Virus record (IMG/VR): IMGVR_UViG_3300046460_000197
Location: 1-62,602 of that record
DNA: 62,602 bases
Direction: 5' to 3' (one strand)
Origin: a virus
In this document: positions 8,730-16,876 of the stretch, piece after piece
Position numbering within the stretch: position 1 is the stretch's first letter
Layout: every line of letters starts with the position of its first letter
Made by a program: the position numbers and the translations under genes
Notes under the pieces: generated by a model
The model's input: only the letters and a program-made list of their open reading frames with translations
The model's database searches: none
What the model was told of the DNA's origin: nothing

Positions 8730-9116
8730 TCATGCAAGGCGCACGAACGCCTTCTCTCCGTTGTGGAAGAACACCGTCAGCCCCGGGTTTTGCTTGCCGC
8801 GCGCCGTCCACACATCGATCTTCCGCGTGTCTGTGGCTTCCGTCGCACCCACCACGCCACCCAGCCACGCATCCGGAGCAGCCGTCACGGGCGCAGTCGT
8901 CCACGCCGCAGGATCCCCATGCACTGGAGCCGTCGGCTTCCCCTTCTGCGCCCCATCCGCCGACTGCCCCATGATCTGCCACAACTGGTCACGGCCCGCC
9001 ACCGTCACCGCCAGCGGATACGGGTACGGCGTCCCCTCCGGAACCTGCACCCGCTGCACGTCAGGGCTGTTTTTGAGCACGTCAAGCAGATGATCGCGAT
9101 AGTCCAGCGGCTGCAC
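8730..9116 (-). CDS. Hypothetical protein (128 aa)
   Basis: GTG at 9116 after AAAGGA. VQPLDYRDHLLDVLKNSPDVQRVQVPEG... The upstream part of track ORF 8730..9242 was discarded. Confidence 0.55.
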   Translation of the reverse strand: MQPLDYRDHLLDVLKNSPDVQRVQVPEGTPYPYPLAVTVAGRDQLWQIMGQSADGAQKGKPTAPVHGDPAAWTTAPVTAAPDAWLGGVVGATEATDTRKIDVWTARGKQNPGLTVFFHNGEKAFVRLA

Positions 9117-9249
9117 GAGAAGGGTCCTTTCGGTGGTGACCTGGGCCAGTCTAGGAGGGCTGAGGCGGGAGGGAAGAGCTAGGGCGGAAGGTGTCCGCGA
9201 GACGACCGCAAGAGGCCCCCAACCGAGCGGGTGAGGGCCCAAACGTGAC

Positions 9250-9525
9250 TCAGAAATGTGACGTGTCGAACGGCGCAGGCAGCTTCGGCAGGTCCACGTC
9301 GAAGGCCTGCGCGATCAGGTAGCGGGCCATCGTGTCGTGCTCCAGCTCGCTGCGTCCGGCCGGCATCGCGAGGATCGTCTCGCCACTCTTGCGCTGCACG
9401 ACCGCGCCGAAGAACGAGCGGTCGGTGATCGAGGAGTCGAAGATCTCGACACCGGTCTCGGCGAGCAGGACGTCGAGCGGCGCGTCAAGGACTTGGGCAG
9501 GGGAGAGGACAGGCGGTACGCTCAT
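9250..9525 (-). CDS. Hypothetical protein (91 aa)
   Basis: ATG 9525. MSVPPVLSPAQVLDAPLDVLLAETGVEIFDSSITDRSFFGAVVQRKSGETILAMPAGRSELEHD... No HExxH motif. Confidence 0.55.
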   Translation of the reverse strand: MSVPPVLSPAQVLDAPLDVLLAETGVEIFDSSITDRSFFGAVVQRKSGETILAMPAGRSELEHDTMARYLIAQAFDVDLPKLPAPFDTSHF

Positions 9526-9625
9526 GGCAGACCTCATTCTTTGAACGGGATGGGTTGATGCAGCGAGCGGGAACTCGCTGTGGATGAACTGGCCGGGCGT
9601 TGGTAGCGCCCGGCCGTTCGCGTTT

Positions 9626-10099
9626 CTATGTGGCCTTGTTGTGCACCACGTTGTGCAGTGGCTTCTCGGTTCGGATGGCGTGGCTCTCGGCATCCAGGGC
9701 TGCTGACCGGCTTTCGAGCCACTCCAGCGAAAGGTCAGCGACCTCCGGCCACCACTCCTTGTCTGCGGCGTGCTGGCCCCAGCGCTGCGGCGGCTTGCTG
9801 CTGATGCCCACGTAGAGGAGCTGGCCAGCGGAGTTGCGAAGGCGGTACAAGGCAGTCGGCTGGAGATCGATCTCGACTTCCGATGCTTTCCGGACCCTCT
9901 TCGGCGCGCGGGCGGCAGCCTCTTCAGCCTCCCCCGCCCGCATCTCCTCCGCCGTCTTCATCCGCACGGCGACCCAGTAGTTCGGTACTTCAGGGTGGGG
10001 CTCATACACGTAGTTCGCGAAGGGGGTTGAGTAGCTCACGATCCAGTCTTCAGGATCCTCGTACATCTGTATCGGATCGCTTCTGGGGGTTGCCGACAT
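9626..10099 (-). CDS. GIY-YIG nuclease family protein
   Basis: 157 aa. LYRLRNSAGQLLYVGISSKPPQRWGQHAADKEWWPEV...ESHAIRTEKPLHNV fits the GIY...YVG...R...E...N pattern. Confidence 0.75.
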   Translation of the reverse strand: MSATPRSDPIQMYEDPEDWIVSYSTPFANYVYEPHPEVPNYWVAVRMKTAEEMRAGEAEEAAARAPKRVRKASEVEIDLQPTALYRLRNSAGQLLYVGISSKPPQRWGQHAADKEWWPEVADLSLEWLESRSAALDAESHAIRTEKPLHNVVHNKAT

Positions 10100-10179
10100 G
10101 CCACTCCTAACCGTGCGAACGCGGACACCCTCGGTCGATGCCCGCCTACGTTGCGCAGCCGTTCTGAACAGGAGCCTCC

Positions 10180-10245
10180 ACTGGTATAGGACCAGTTGTC
10201 AAGATGCCTGAGTTGCCACAGGCGCTGACCTGGTACACGACCGGT
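10180..10245. promoter_or_regulatory. Two GntR/HutC-type operator-like palindromes in a divergent promoter region
   Basis: ACTGGTATAGGACCAGT (10180-10196; arms ACTGGT/ACCAGT) and CCTGGTACACGACCGGT (10229-10245). Low-GC spacer between the GIY-YIG operon and the GntR gene. Confidence 0.5.
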
Positions 10246-10296
10246 CGATTGGGGCAGCTAGACAGGTATCTTGGGCGGTCGTAGACCTGAGGAGGT

Positions 10297-11055
10297 ATGG
10301 CCGTGACGGATCCAGCGCAGAGCAAGAAGCCGCGCTATGAACAGATCGCGGATGAGCTGCGCGCGCGGATCGACGCCGGTGTGTACAGCGAAAGTCGCAA
10401 GCTGCCCAGCGAGAGAGAGCTCTCCGAGGAGTTCGCCACTGCGCGCAACACCGTGCGAGATGCGATCCAGGTGCTTCGCGCCGACGACCTCGTCGAGTCG
10501 CGCGGTGGGTCGGGCGTGTATCTGCGGTCGTTCCGGCGCGTCAAGCGTGACGCCGTCGAGCGGCTCTCCAGGAAGCACTGGGGGGTTGGGCGCGCAATCT
10601 GGGACAAGGATTTGGGGGGGCGCGATCGGAGCGAAGAGGTCGTCGTTGAGACGGTCACGCCGCCCGACGAGATCGCAGGCACCTTGGGTATTCGAGGACG
10701 GCAGGCCCTGATGCGCCGGAGGGTCTTCCAGTCCGAGGGTCGCAAGATCCAGCAGGCAACGTCCTGGTACCCAGCTGACCTTGTAGCGGGTACCGCGATC
10801 GCGGAGCAGGACACAGGGCCGGGTGGCTCGTATGCGCGGCTCGACGAGATCGGGCGCGGGCCGGCGCACTACCGGGAGGAAATCAAGATCCGCCTCCCCC
10901 TCTCGGCTGAAGCGAGGACGCTCGGCATCACGATGAGCACGCCGGTGGTGTTCATCATGCGCACCGCATTCGATGCCGACGATCAGCCCGTCGAAGTCAA
11001 CGAGATGATGCTGGACTCTGACAGCTACACGTTGATCTACACCTTCCCCTCTTGA
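10297..11055 (+). CDS. GntR-family (HutC subfamily, UTRA domain) transcriptional repressor, Kor-like
   Basis: 252 aa. N-terminal wHTH PRYEQIADELRARIDAGVYSESRKLPSERELSEEFATARNTVRDAIQVL, followed by a UTRA-sized C-terminal domain. Confidence 0.85.
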   Translation: MAVTDPAQSKKPRYEQIADELRARIDAGVYSESRKLPSERELSEEFATARNTVRDAIQVLRADDLVESRGGSGVYLRSFRRVKRDAVERLSRKHWGVGRAIWDKDLGGRDRSEEVVVETVTPPDEIAGTLGIRGRQALMRRRVFQSEGRKIQQATSWYPADLVAGTAIAEQDTGPGGSYARLDEIGRGPAHYREEIKIRLPLSAEARTLGITMSTPVVFIMRTAFDADDQPVEVNEMMLDSDSYTLIYTFPS

Positions 11056-11073
11056 CCTGCGCCCGACGCGCAT

Positions 11074-11100
11074 AAGCCCCCGCCGTGACGGCGGGGGCTT
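11074..11100 (+). terminator. Intrinsic terminator after the GntR gene
   Basis: AAGCCCCCGCC-gtgac-GGCGGGGGCTT followed by TCTT. Confidence 0.75.
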
Positions 11101-11115
11101 TCTTGCGTCCGGGTG

Positions 11116-11177
11116 ATTGGTACTAGACAGCTGCTTGCGCTGAGCTGTCTCAGTTGCTTAAGTGGTCCTATACAGGT
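11116..11177. promoter_or_regulatory. Two more HutC-type operator-like sites upstream of the transfer operon
   Basis: ATTGGTACTAGACAGCT (11116-11132) and AGTGGTCCTATACAGGT (11161-11177). The latter shares the 11-mer TGGTCCTATAC, in inverted orientation, with the site at 10180. All four sites fit TGGTA-N3-GAC. Confidence 0.45.
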
Positions 11178-11222
11178 TCCGAGTCCGGGGCCTCCGCCAC
11201 AGCCATGTCTGAAGGGAGAACG

Positions 11223-11462
11223 ATGAGCGACACCGCCCAGGCCCCGGCCCCCAACTCCGAGCGGATGCTCGAAGCAGCAGAGGTTGCCGAACTGCTCAAC
11301 CTGTCGCTGACGGCGGTCTACCGCCTCGCCCGCAGCGGCGCCCTAGAGAGCCACCGCCACGGCCAGGGGTCGATCCGGCCGCGAGGTCTCCGCTTCCCCG
11401 AGTCGGCGGTTGCCGCGCACCTGAACCGCTCCCGCGTCCGCACCGCCACGGAGGTGGCCTGA
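11223..11462 (+). CDS. Excisionase/MerR-type HTH DNA-binding protein (79 aa)
   Basis: ATG 11223 after GAAGGGAGA. LEAAEVAELLNLSLTAVYRLARSGALES. Confidence 0.65.
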   Translation: MSDTAQAPAPNSERMLEAAEVAELLNLSLTAVYRLARSGALESHRHGQGSIRPRGLRFPESAVAAHLNRSRVRTATEVA

Positions 11463-11464
11463 CC

Positions 11465-11650
11465 ATGAGCACCTCGACCCGATCCTTCCGTCCCGCCGCA
11501 ACCCAGCCGGGCCTGTCCCCGGCCGACCGCGCCGCGCATGATCTCGCCACGTTCGTCCGGCGCCCGCTGGCCGCCGACGACCACAGCAAGACGAAAGAGC
11601 CGTTGCCGCAGAGGCCTCGTGGCCCGCACCCGTACCGGAGCGCGTCGTGA
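11465..11650 (+). CDS. Possible small protein (61 aa)
   Basis: Tightly coupled to its neighbours (a 2-nt gap and a GTGA overlap). Composition is Pro/Arg-rich, so uncertain. Confidence 0.4.
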   Translation: MSTSTRSFRPAATQPGLSPADRAAHDLATFVRRPLAADDHSKTKEPLPQRPRGPHPYRSAS

Positions 11651-11841
11651 CCGCCGACCTGGCCCGCCTCGCGGCGGCGCAGACGACGGCCGACGCGGTG
11701 ATCGCCGCGGTGGCCACCCCGATCGACGGCCGGCCGATGTTGCGGATCGCGGTCACCGACCCGGAGACGAACACGCGCCTCGCCACCGGCTTCGTCGCCT
11801 ACAACGCCCCCGGGTTGCGGCTCGTCGAGGGGCCGTCATGA
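11647..11841 (+). CDS. Hypothetical protein (64 aa)
   Basis: GTG start; ATGA overlap with the next gene. Confidence 0.5.
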   Translation: MTADLARLAAAQTTADAVIAAVATPIDGRPMLRIAVTDPETNTRLATGFVAYNAPGLRLVEGPS

Positions 11842-12182
11842 CGGACCAGATGTACCTCCGTCGCTGGCAGCGTGCCGCCTACCGGGCGCTCGGCGAGTTC
11901 CTGAAGGCGGACCTCCCGGCCGTCACGTGGACGATCGCCATCTCCGGCGCCCTGGTCGGCGACGTGGATTCGCTGAGCTCGACGCCGGCCGAGATGCGGG
12001 CCGCGTTCGAAGCCTGGACTGGCTGGCTGAACGCCGAGGGTGTCACGGACCGGATGCGCCAGGACGGCGTCACCCACCTGTACGCGCAGTTCCGGCACGG
12101 CGAGGGGGCGACGGAGGTTCGCGGTGCGATCCGCGCCGACATCTACCCGCCGCTCGACGACGAGCCGGGTGAGCAGCCGTGA
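11838..12182 (+). CDS. Hypothetical protein (114 aa)
   Basis: MTDQMYLRRWQRAAYRALGEFLKADLPAVTWTIAISGALVGDVDS... Confidence 0.6.
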   Translation: MTDQMYLRRWQRAAYRALGEFLKADLPAVTWTIAISGALVGDVDSLSSTPAEMRAAFEAWTGWLNAEGVTDRMRQDGVTHLYAQFRHGEGATEVRGAIRADIYPPLDDEPGEQP

Positions 12183-12346
12183 CCGCCGCCCAGCGCGCCA
12201 AGCTTCACCGCGAGGTCGGCGAGCTCAACGACTGGTCCAGGAAGCGCCCGCAGTAACCCCCTGACCGGCCGTGGCGCGGTCCGACAATCCCCCCGTCCCG
12301 CGCCACGGTCACCCACCTCCCACCACGCCCTTGAAAGGCCACCGCC

Positions 12347-12580
12347 ATGTCTCTTCGCCTGATCATCTCCGCGCCGTCCGTGATCGCCGACCCGTTCGAC
12401 GCCGCGGAGGCCGACCTCCGGGCCCGCTACGTCGCCGACTACCTGGCCGACTCCCGCAGCGGCGACGTGATCGCCCGCGACTGGACGCTCTACGAGATCG
12501 AGATGTACGACGCCGCGAACCCCGGCCAGCCGCTGCTGATGGACGAGATCCGCGGCCTGGACTTCCCGGCCGCCGCCTGA
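12347..12580 (+). CDS. Hypothetical protein (77 aa)
   Basis: MSLRLIISAPSVIADPFDAAEADLRARYVADYLADS... Confidence 0.6.
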   Translation: MSLRLIISAPSVIADPFDAAEADLRARYVADYLADSRSGDVIARDWTLYEIEMYDAANPGQPLLMDEIRGLDFPAAA

Positions 12581-12662
12581 CCCCACAAGCCGCCGGGCGC
12601 GGGAATCCCCCGCCCGCGCCCGGCACCCCGTCCCATCCGAACCCAACCGAGAGGAAACCGTC

Positions 12663-12869
12663 ATGGCCCTGTTCAAGAAGACCCCCACCGAGAAGGCCGA
12701 CATCGCCGCCCTGCGCGCCGCCGACGCCGAGCTGCACGCCAACCAGCGGCGCGAGGAGAAGGCCGGGATCCGCGAGGAGACCCCCGAGTACGTGCGCCTC
12801 AACACGGCCGCGAACGAGGCCGCCGCGAAGGTCTCCCGCTGGCATGGCGGCACCAGGCGAGGCAAGTGA
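12663..12869 (+). CDS. Hypothetical charged small protein (68 aa)
   Basis: RBS GAGAGGAAACCGTC precedes the ATG. MALFKKTPTEKADIAALRAADAELHANQRREEK... Confidence 0.6.
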   Translation: MALFKKTPTEKADIAALRAADAELHANQRREEKAGIREETPEYVRLNTAANEAAAKVSRWHGGTRRGK

Positions 12870-13078
12870 TGGGCCTCTTCAGTCGGAAACGCAACGTCGA
12901 CGCCAGCCCCGGCACCAACCCCCGCGGCGGCCAGCCTGTCCGTACCGACCGTGAGTTCTGGACCGGCCTCGCCGAGGACGCCGAACGCCGAGCCGCACAG
13001 GCCGACAGCAAGGAAGGGCGCAAGGCCATGGAGAAGAACGCCCGGGACTTCCGGCGCCGCTCCACCGGCAGGCCCTGA
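12866..13078 (+). CDS. Hypothetical charged small protein (70 aa)
   Basis: GTGATG overlap with the upstream gene. MMGLFSRKRNVDASPGTNPRGG... Confidence 0.55.
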   Translation: MMGLFSRKRNVDASPGTNPRGGQPVRTDREFWTGLAEDAERRAAQADSKEGRKAMEKNARDFRRRSTGRP

Positions 13079-13115
13079 CCGTTCGTTCGATCCGACCAGC
13101 CCGAGAGGAACCCCA

Positions 13116-13412
13116 GTGCACGCCTACCTGATCACCGCGAAGCCGGGCCGGCTCAGCCGGACGGTCCGGGCCGTGGGCCGGTGTGCGCTGCGGTCCCTCG
13201 CCCTGACCGTGATGGCCGGCCTCGGCGCCGTCGTCTTCACCGTCCGCTGTGCCCGGCCCGTCATCAACTACCTGGCGACCCGGGCCGCATGGCTGGAGCT
13301 GTGGGCCGCGTCTGTCACCGGGATCGGCCCGGTCGGGGCCGCCGTCGGGTCTGGCCTCGCCGACGAGTTCGTCCGTGAATTCCACAAGGCGCGCACCAGC
13401 GCGTCCGCCTGA
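13116..13412 (+). CDS. Small membrane protein (98 aa), Spd-like position
   Basis: GTG 13116 after GAGAGGAA. Two hydrophobic helices: LALTVMAGLGAVVFTV and AASVTGIGPVGAAVGSGL. Confidence 0.55.
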   Translation: MHAYLITAKPGRLSRTVRAVGRCALRSLALTVMAGLGAVVFTVRCARPVINYLATRAAWLELWAASVTGIGPVGAAVGSGLADEFVREFHKARTSASA

Positions 13413-13426
13413 AGGGACTGAGAACC

Positions 13427-14689
13427 GTGACCGCCACATCCGTCGAGCAGGTCAACGGAACCGCCGTGACCCGGCCTGAGCGCGGCTTCGACGCCGTCGC
13501 CCTCGCCGAGGCGGATGCGATCCGCGCCCGCACCGCCGCCGAGACGGAAGCCGCCCTCATGAAGGCGCAGGCCGAAGCCGACGCGATCCGCGCCAAGGCG
13601 GAGGCCGACGCTGAGAAGCAGCGGCTCGCGAACCGGCGCCAGGCCATCACCCTGGAGGAGAAGGAAGCCGACCACGCCGAGAAGATGGCCGAGTCCGATC
13701 GCCGCCGCAAGGAATCCGAGCGGCTCGCCCGCCAGGCCGAGGAGCAGGCCGCAGCCGAGCAGGAGGCGGCCGGCCAGCAGGCGGCAGAGATGGCGGACGC
13801 CGACGAGAAGTGGCGCAAGTACGCGATCCGCTTCGCCATCGTCTGCGGCATCGTGTCCCTGCCCGTGCAGATGTCGTTCTTCTGGAACAGGGAAGCGCCC
13901 TGGATGGCCGCCGCCCCGATCATGCTGGAAGGCGCCGCCTGGGTCGTCCACCGTGGCGCCCGCGCGGCAGCCGTCGGCAACCGGCCGGTGTGGCACTACC
14001 GCACGATCGTCTGGCTGCTCGCCTTCATCGCCGCCGCGGTGAACCTCTACCACGGGCTTCACTCCTTCGACCCGGGCACCGCCCTGTCGACGGCGTTCGC
14101 ATCCATCGCCGGCCCGGGCGTCTGGGACCTTCACGAGCACGGCCGGCTCCGCAGGCGCGGCGACACGCCTACCCGCCGCGAGCGCAAGGCCGCCGAGAAG
14201 GAAGCGAAGCGGATCGCCGCCGAGCAGGCCGAGCGCGAGCTGCGCGAATCCGAGAGGCAGGCATACCGCGAGAAGGCCGCACGCGAGGCGGCGGCACAGC
14301 TCGCCGCCGACCGCGAGGCGAAATTCCCCAAGGTGTGGGAGCACGCGCTGAAGCTTGCCGCGGACCTCGGCGAGACGACTGTCACCCAGGCCATCTGGAA
14401 GCAGGCGAAGCTCGACGTCGAGGGCGCACTCCCCGGCGAATCGGCTGACGTCATCCGCATGCGCAACGCCGCCGAGGCGAGGGTCGAAGCCGCCCGCGAG
14501 AAGCGCTCGGTGAACGGATCAACGGCGCAGGTCGCTTCGCAAGTGCTCGGCCCGAAGAAGCCCCGCGTGTACAACCCGCCCGCACGCCGCGGGAAGCGCA
14601 CCAAGGGCGACGTCCAGTACTCGGCCGGAGCGCGCCGCCAGGCCTCTCTCGCGGCCCGCAACGCCACTGCCAAGAAGGACCCGTCATGA
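13427..14689 (+). CDS. DUF2637/SpdB-like integral membrane protein with charged coiled-coil flanks
   Basis: 420 aa. AE/K/R-rich coiled-coil N- and C-terminal regions flank about 4 TM helices (YAIRFAIVCGIVSLPVQMSFFW, TIVWLLAFIAAAVNLYHGL...). Lies immediately upstream of, and overlaps, the TraB-like gene, as in Streptomyces plasmids and AICEs. Confidence 0.6.
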   Translation: MTATSVEQVNGTAVTRPERGFDAVALAEADAIRARTAAETEAALMKAQAEADAIRAKAEADAEKQRLANRRQAITLEEKEADHAEKMAESDRRRKESERLARQAEEQAAAEQEAAGQQAAEMADADEKWRKYAIRFAIVCGIVSLPVQMSFFWNREAPWMAAAPIMLEGAAWVVHRGARAAAVGNRPVWHYRTIVWLLAFIAAAVNLYHGLHSFDPGTALSTAFASIAGPGVWDLHEHGRLRRRGDTPTRRERKAAEKEAKRIAAEQAERELRESERQAYREKAAREAAAQLAADREAKFPKVWEHALKLAADLGETTVTQAIWKQAKLDVEGALPGESADVIRMRNAAEARVEAAREKRSVNGSTAQVASQVLGPKKPRVYNPPARRGKRTKGDVQYSAGARRQASLAARNATAKKDPS

Positions 14690-16749
14690 GCCTCGACCAG
14701 CACCCGGAGTTCCCCGCCGGATGGGACCTCGACAAGGTGATCCCCGGCGAGCTGCATGTGCCCGACGACCTGTCCGGCGAGGACATCGCGCCCGGAATCG
14801 TCGTCCCCTACCGGCCTCGCCCGGCCGTCCTGTCGAAGGCGGGCTCGGCCGGCATGGTGGTCGCCGCGACAACCGGCCGCGCCTGCGGGCTCACCGCCCG
14901 CTGGTTCTTCACCGGCGCCGCCTCGGTCGGTTTCCTCGGCTGGCGGTACGTCCGCGCCCACGACCTCCAGGAGACTCTCGGCGGCATGTCGAAGTCCTCC
15001 GACTGGAACAAGGTCGACATCGTCCGCAAGAAGCGGTGGAAGACCCTCGGCTGGACGGCCGGTATCACCGCCGGGCTCAACCTGGCTGGCTGGTGGGCGC
15101 TCGTGAAGTTCGGCGGCATGACCGCCACCGACTGGTCCTGGAAGATCCCGCCCGCCCTCACCGCAGCCGCCCTCTTCGCCGCGGTCACCTGGTACGGCCG
15201 CTACCGCACGAACAGCCCCGGCATCGCCCCCCAGATGCTCGTCGCCGACCAGGACAACCCGGGCGAAGACGAGCCGTTCCCGATCTCCTGGGTCACCGGC
15301 GGCGACCAGGCCGCCGACTGCCTCGGCCGCGCCCTGTACGCCGAGGGCGTCGATTACCGGGCGGTGACCACGCTGACCCGCCACGACTGGGGATGGGAGC
15401 TGGAGGTTGTCCTCAAGGGCGCGACCCCCGGCGGCGTCCAGGCCAAGGCCGACCAGCTGGAATCCCGTCTCGGCTTGCCTGACGGCGGCTTCATGATCGA
15501 GCCGGACTCGCGGGACAAGTCCCGGATCACCGTCCGCCTCGTGCAGTCCAACCCGTTCGCCGACATGCCCCGCCCTGCTGTTCACGCCCCCCGCTCGCTG
15601 TCGGTCCATGACACCGTCGCCATGGGGCGGGCCATGGACGGCAGCGTCTTCGAGCTCACTCTCGACGGATTCTGTGCGCTCATCATCGGCGCGATGGGGG
15701 CGGGCAAGACACTCGGTGCCCTTCGGACGATCAACGAGGCGCTCACCGCCTGCCGGGACGCTGTCGTCTGGGACCTCGACCCCATCAAGGGAGGTCTCGG
15801 CGAGTTCGGCGACCTGATGGAGCGCCGCGCCCGCACCCCCGAGGAGTGCGAGGAGGCTCTCGACGACGCCCTCGCCTACGTGACGGCGCGCGGCAAGCTG
15901 CTGCCCAGCCTCCACATGGGGGACCGCTGGCACGCCACCCCGGAGCACCCCAACCTCTACATCAACATCGACGAGTTCATCCAGCTCAGCCCCCGTGGCA
16001 AGGAAACCGCGATCAAGATCCTGCGCACGGGCCGCCAGTACGGCATCTACCTGCTCCTGGCCGGCCAGGAGGCCACCGCCGACGCCCTCGGCGACGCCAT
16101 CGCCATGATCGTCGCGTACCGGATCCTCATGTCCTGCCGCTTCGAGGACATCAAAATCGCCTTCGGCCCCGGCGCGGGAGCGCAGGGCTGGCGCCCCGAC
16201 CGGATGAAGCCCGCCGTCGGGCCCGTCGCCAACGACGCAGGACAGGCCATGATCATGGGCGGCCCCTTCAACCGGGCCATCCGCCACCAGTTCAACAGCT
16301 ACACCCGAGAACAGATCACCGCCTGCCTCGACGACCGCATCATGGCCGGCGTCAACCGCATGGACGGCGACACCATCCTCAAGGCGGGAGCCACCCTCAC
16401 CACGGCCAGCCAGCGCGACAACCTGGCCGAACGGCTCGACGCCATCACCCACGAGGACGCCCCCCTCATCGCCGTCCTGCTGCGCACCTTCGAGGCACAG
16501 GACCGAGGCTTCCTGCCGACCGGCGAGGTGCTGCTGCCCACCCTGGCCGCCGCAGGAGTCGCCGGCGTCGACGCCACCGCGCTCGCCAACCGGATCCGCA
16601 AGCACGCCCCGGGCGCCAAGGCGGACCGCGCCGACTGCACCGAAGGCAAGTACCTGCGCGGATGGAACCGCAGCGAGGTCGAAAGGGCCGCCGCCGGCCT
16701 GCTGGACCCGGCACAGACCCGGCAGAACCCTGGCACAAGGGCGGCGTAG
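14686..16749 (+). CDS. traB: FtsK/SpoIIIE-family dsDNA translocase, TraB-like (Streptomyces conjugation type)
   Basis: 687 aa. N-terminal TM helices, Walker A ALIIGAMGAGKTLG, Walker B LYINIDEFIQL, and a C-terminal segment with wHTH-like character. Confidence 0.85.
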   Translation: MSLDQHPEFPAGWDLDKVIPGELHVPDDLSGEDIAPGIVVPYRPRPAVLSKAGSAGMVVAATTGRACGLTARWFFTGAASVGFLGWRYVRAHDLQETLGGMSKSSDWNKVDIVRKKRWKTLGWTAGITAGLNLAGWWALVKFGGMTATDWSWKIPPALTAAALFAAVTWYGRYRTNSPGIAPQMLVADQDNPGEDEPFPISWVTGGDQAADCLGRALYAEGVDYRAVTTLTRHDWGWELEVVLKGATPGGVQAKADQLESRLGLPDGGFMIEPDSRDKSRITVRLVQSNPFADMPRPAVHAPRSLSVHDTVAMGRAMDGSVFELTLDGFCALIIGAMGAGKTLGALRTINEALTACRDAVVWDLDPIKGGLGEFGDLMERRARTPEECEEALDDALAYVTARGKLLPSLHMGDRWHATPEHPNLYINIDEFIQLSPRGKETAIKILRTGRQYGIYLLLAGQEATADALGDAIAMIVAYRILMSCRFEDIKIAFGPGAGAQGWRPDRMKPAVGPVANDAGQAMIMGGPFNRAIRHQFNSYTREQITACLDDRIMAGVNRMDGDTILKAGATLTTASQRDNLAERLDAITHEDAPLIAVLLRTFEAQDRGFLPTGEVLLPTLAAAGVAGVDATALANRIRKHAPGAKADRADCTEGKYLRGWNRSEVERAAAGLLDPAQTRQNPGTRAA

Positions 16750-16768
16750 CCCCGGCAGACCCCCGGCG
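16705..16768. repeat. clt-like cluster of GACCCGG-type direct repeats at and after the traB 3' end
   Basis: GACCCGGCA at 16705 and 16716 (11-bp phasing), then GAACCCTGGCA 16725, CCCCGGCA 16750 and GACCCCCGGCG 16758. The cluster spans the stop codon at 16747-16749. Confidence 0.4.
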
Positions 16769-16876
16769 GAGATTCACGGCATCGGCGCAGGTCGCCGGGT
16801 GTGCGCCGGGGTCCCGCCGCCCCCGCGCCACCCGATTGATCCCTAAATGTGAAGTCAGCCGACCGAGGAGTCCGAC

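Noticed and set aside
9250-9525. 91-aa protein considered as an ImmA/IrrE-type metalloprotease partner of a repressor
   Set aside because: It lacks the HExxH motif (only ELEHD is present) and is much shorter than ImmA. Left as hypothetical.
12179-12256. 25-aa ORF (VTAAQRAKLHREVGELNDWSRKRPQ) coupled by GTGA to the upstream gene
   Set aside because: Too short to support from sequence alone. Left unannotated, although translational coupling makes it possible.
14131-16605. 824-aa reverse-strand ORF antisense to the TraB-like gene, and similar long antisense ORFs at 33219..34964, 45982..47598, 59983..62175, 3887..5632 and 24701..26260
   Set aside because: They show the typical high-GC shadow-ORF composition (Gly/Arg/Ala/Val/Asp-rich, no motifs). 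Each is antisense to a gene with clear family signatures.
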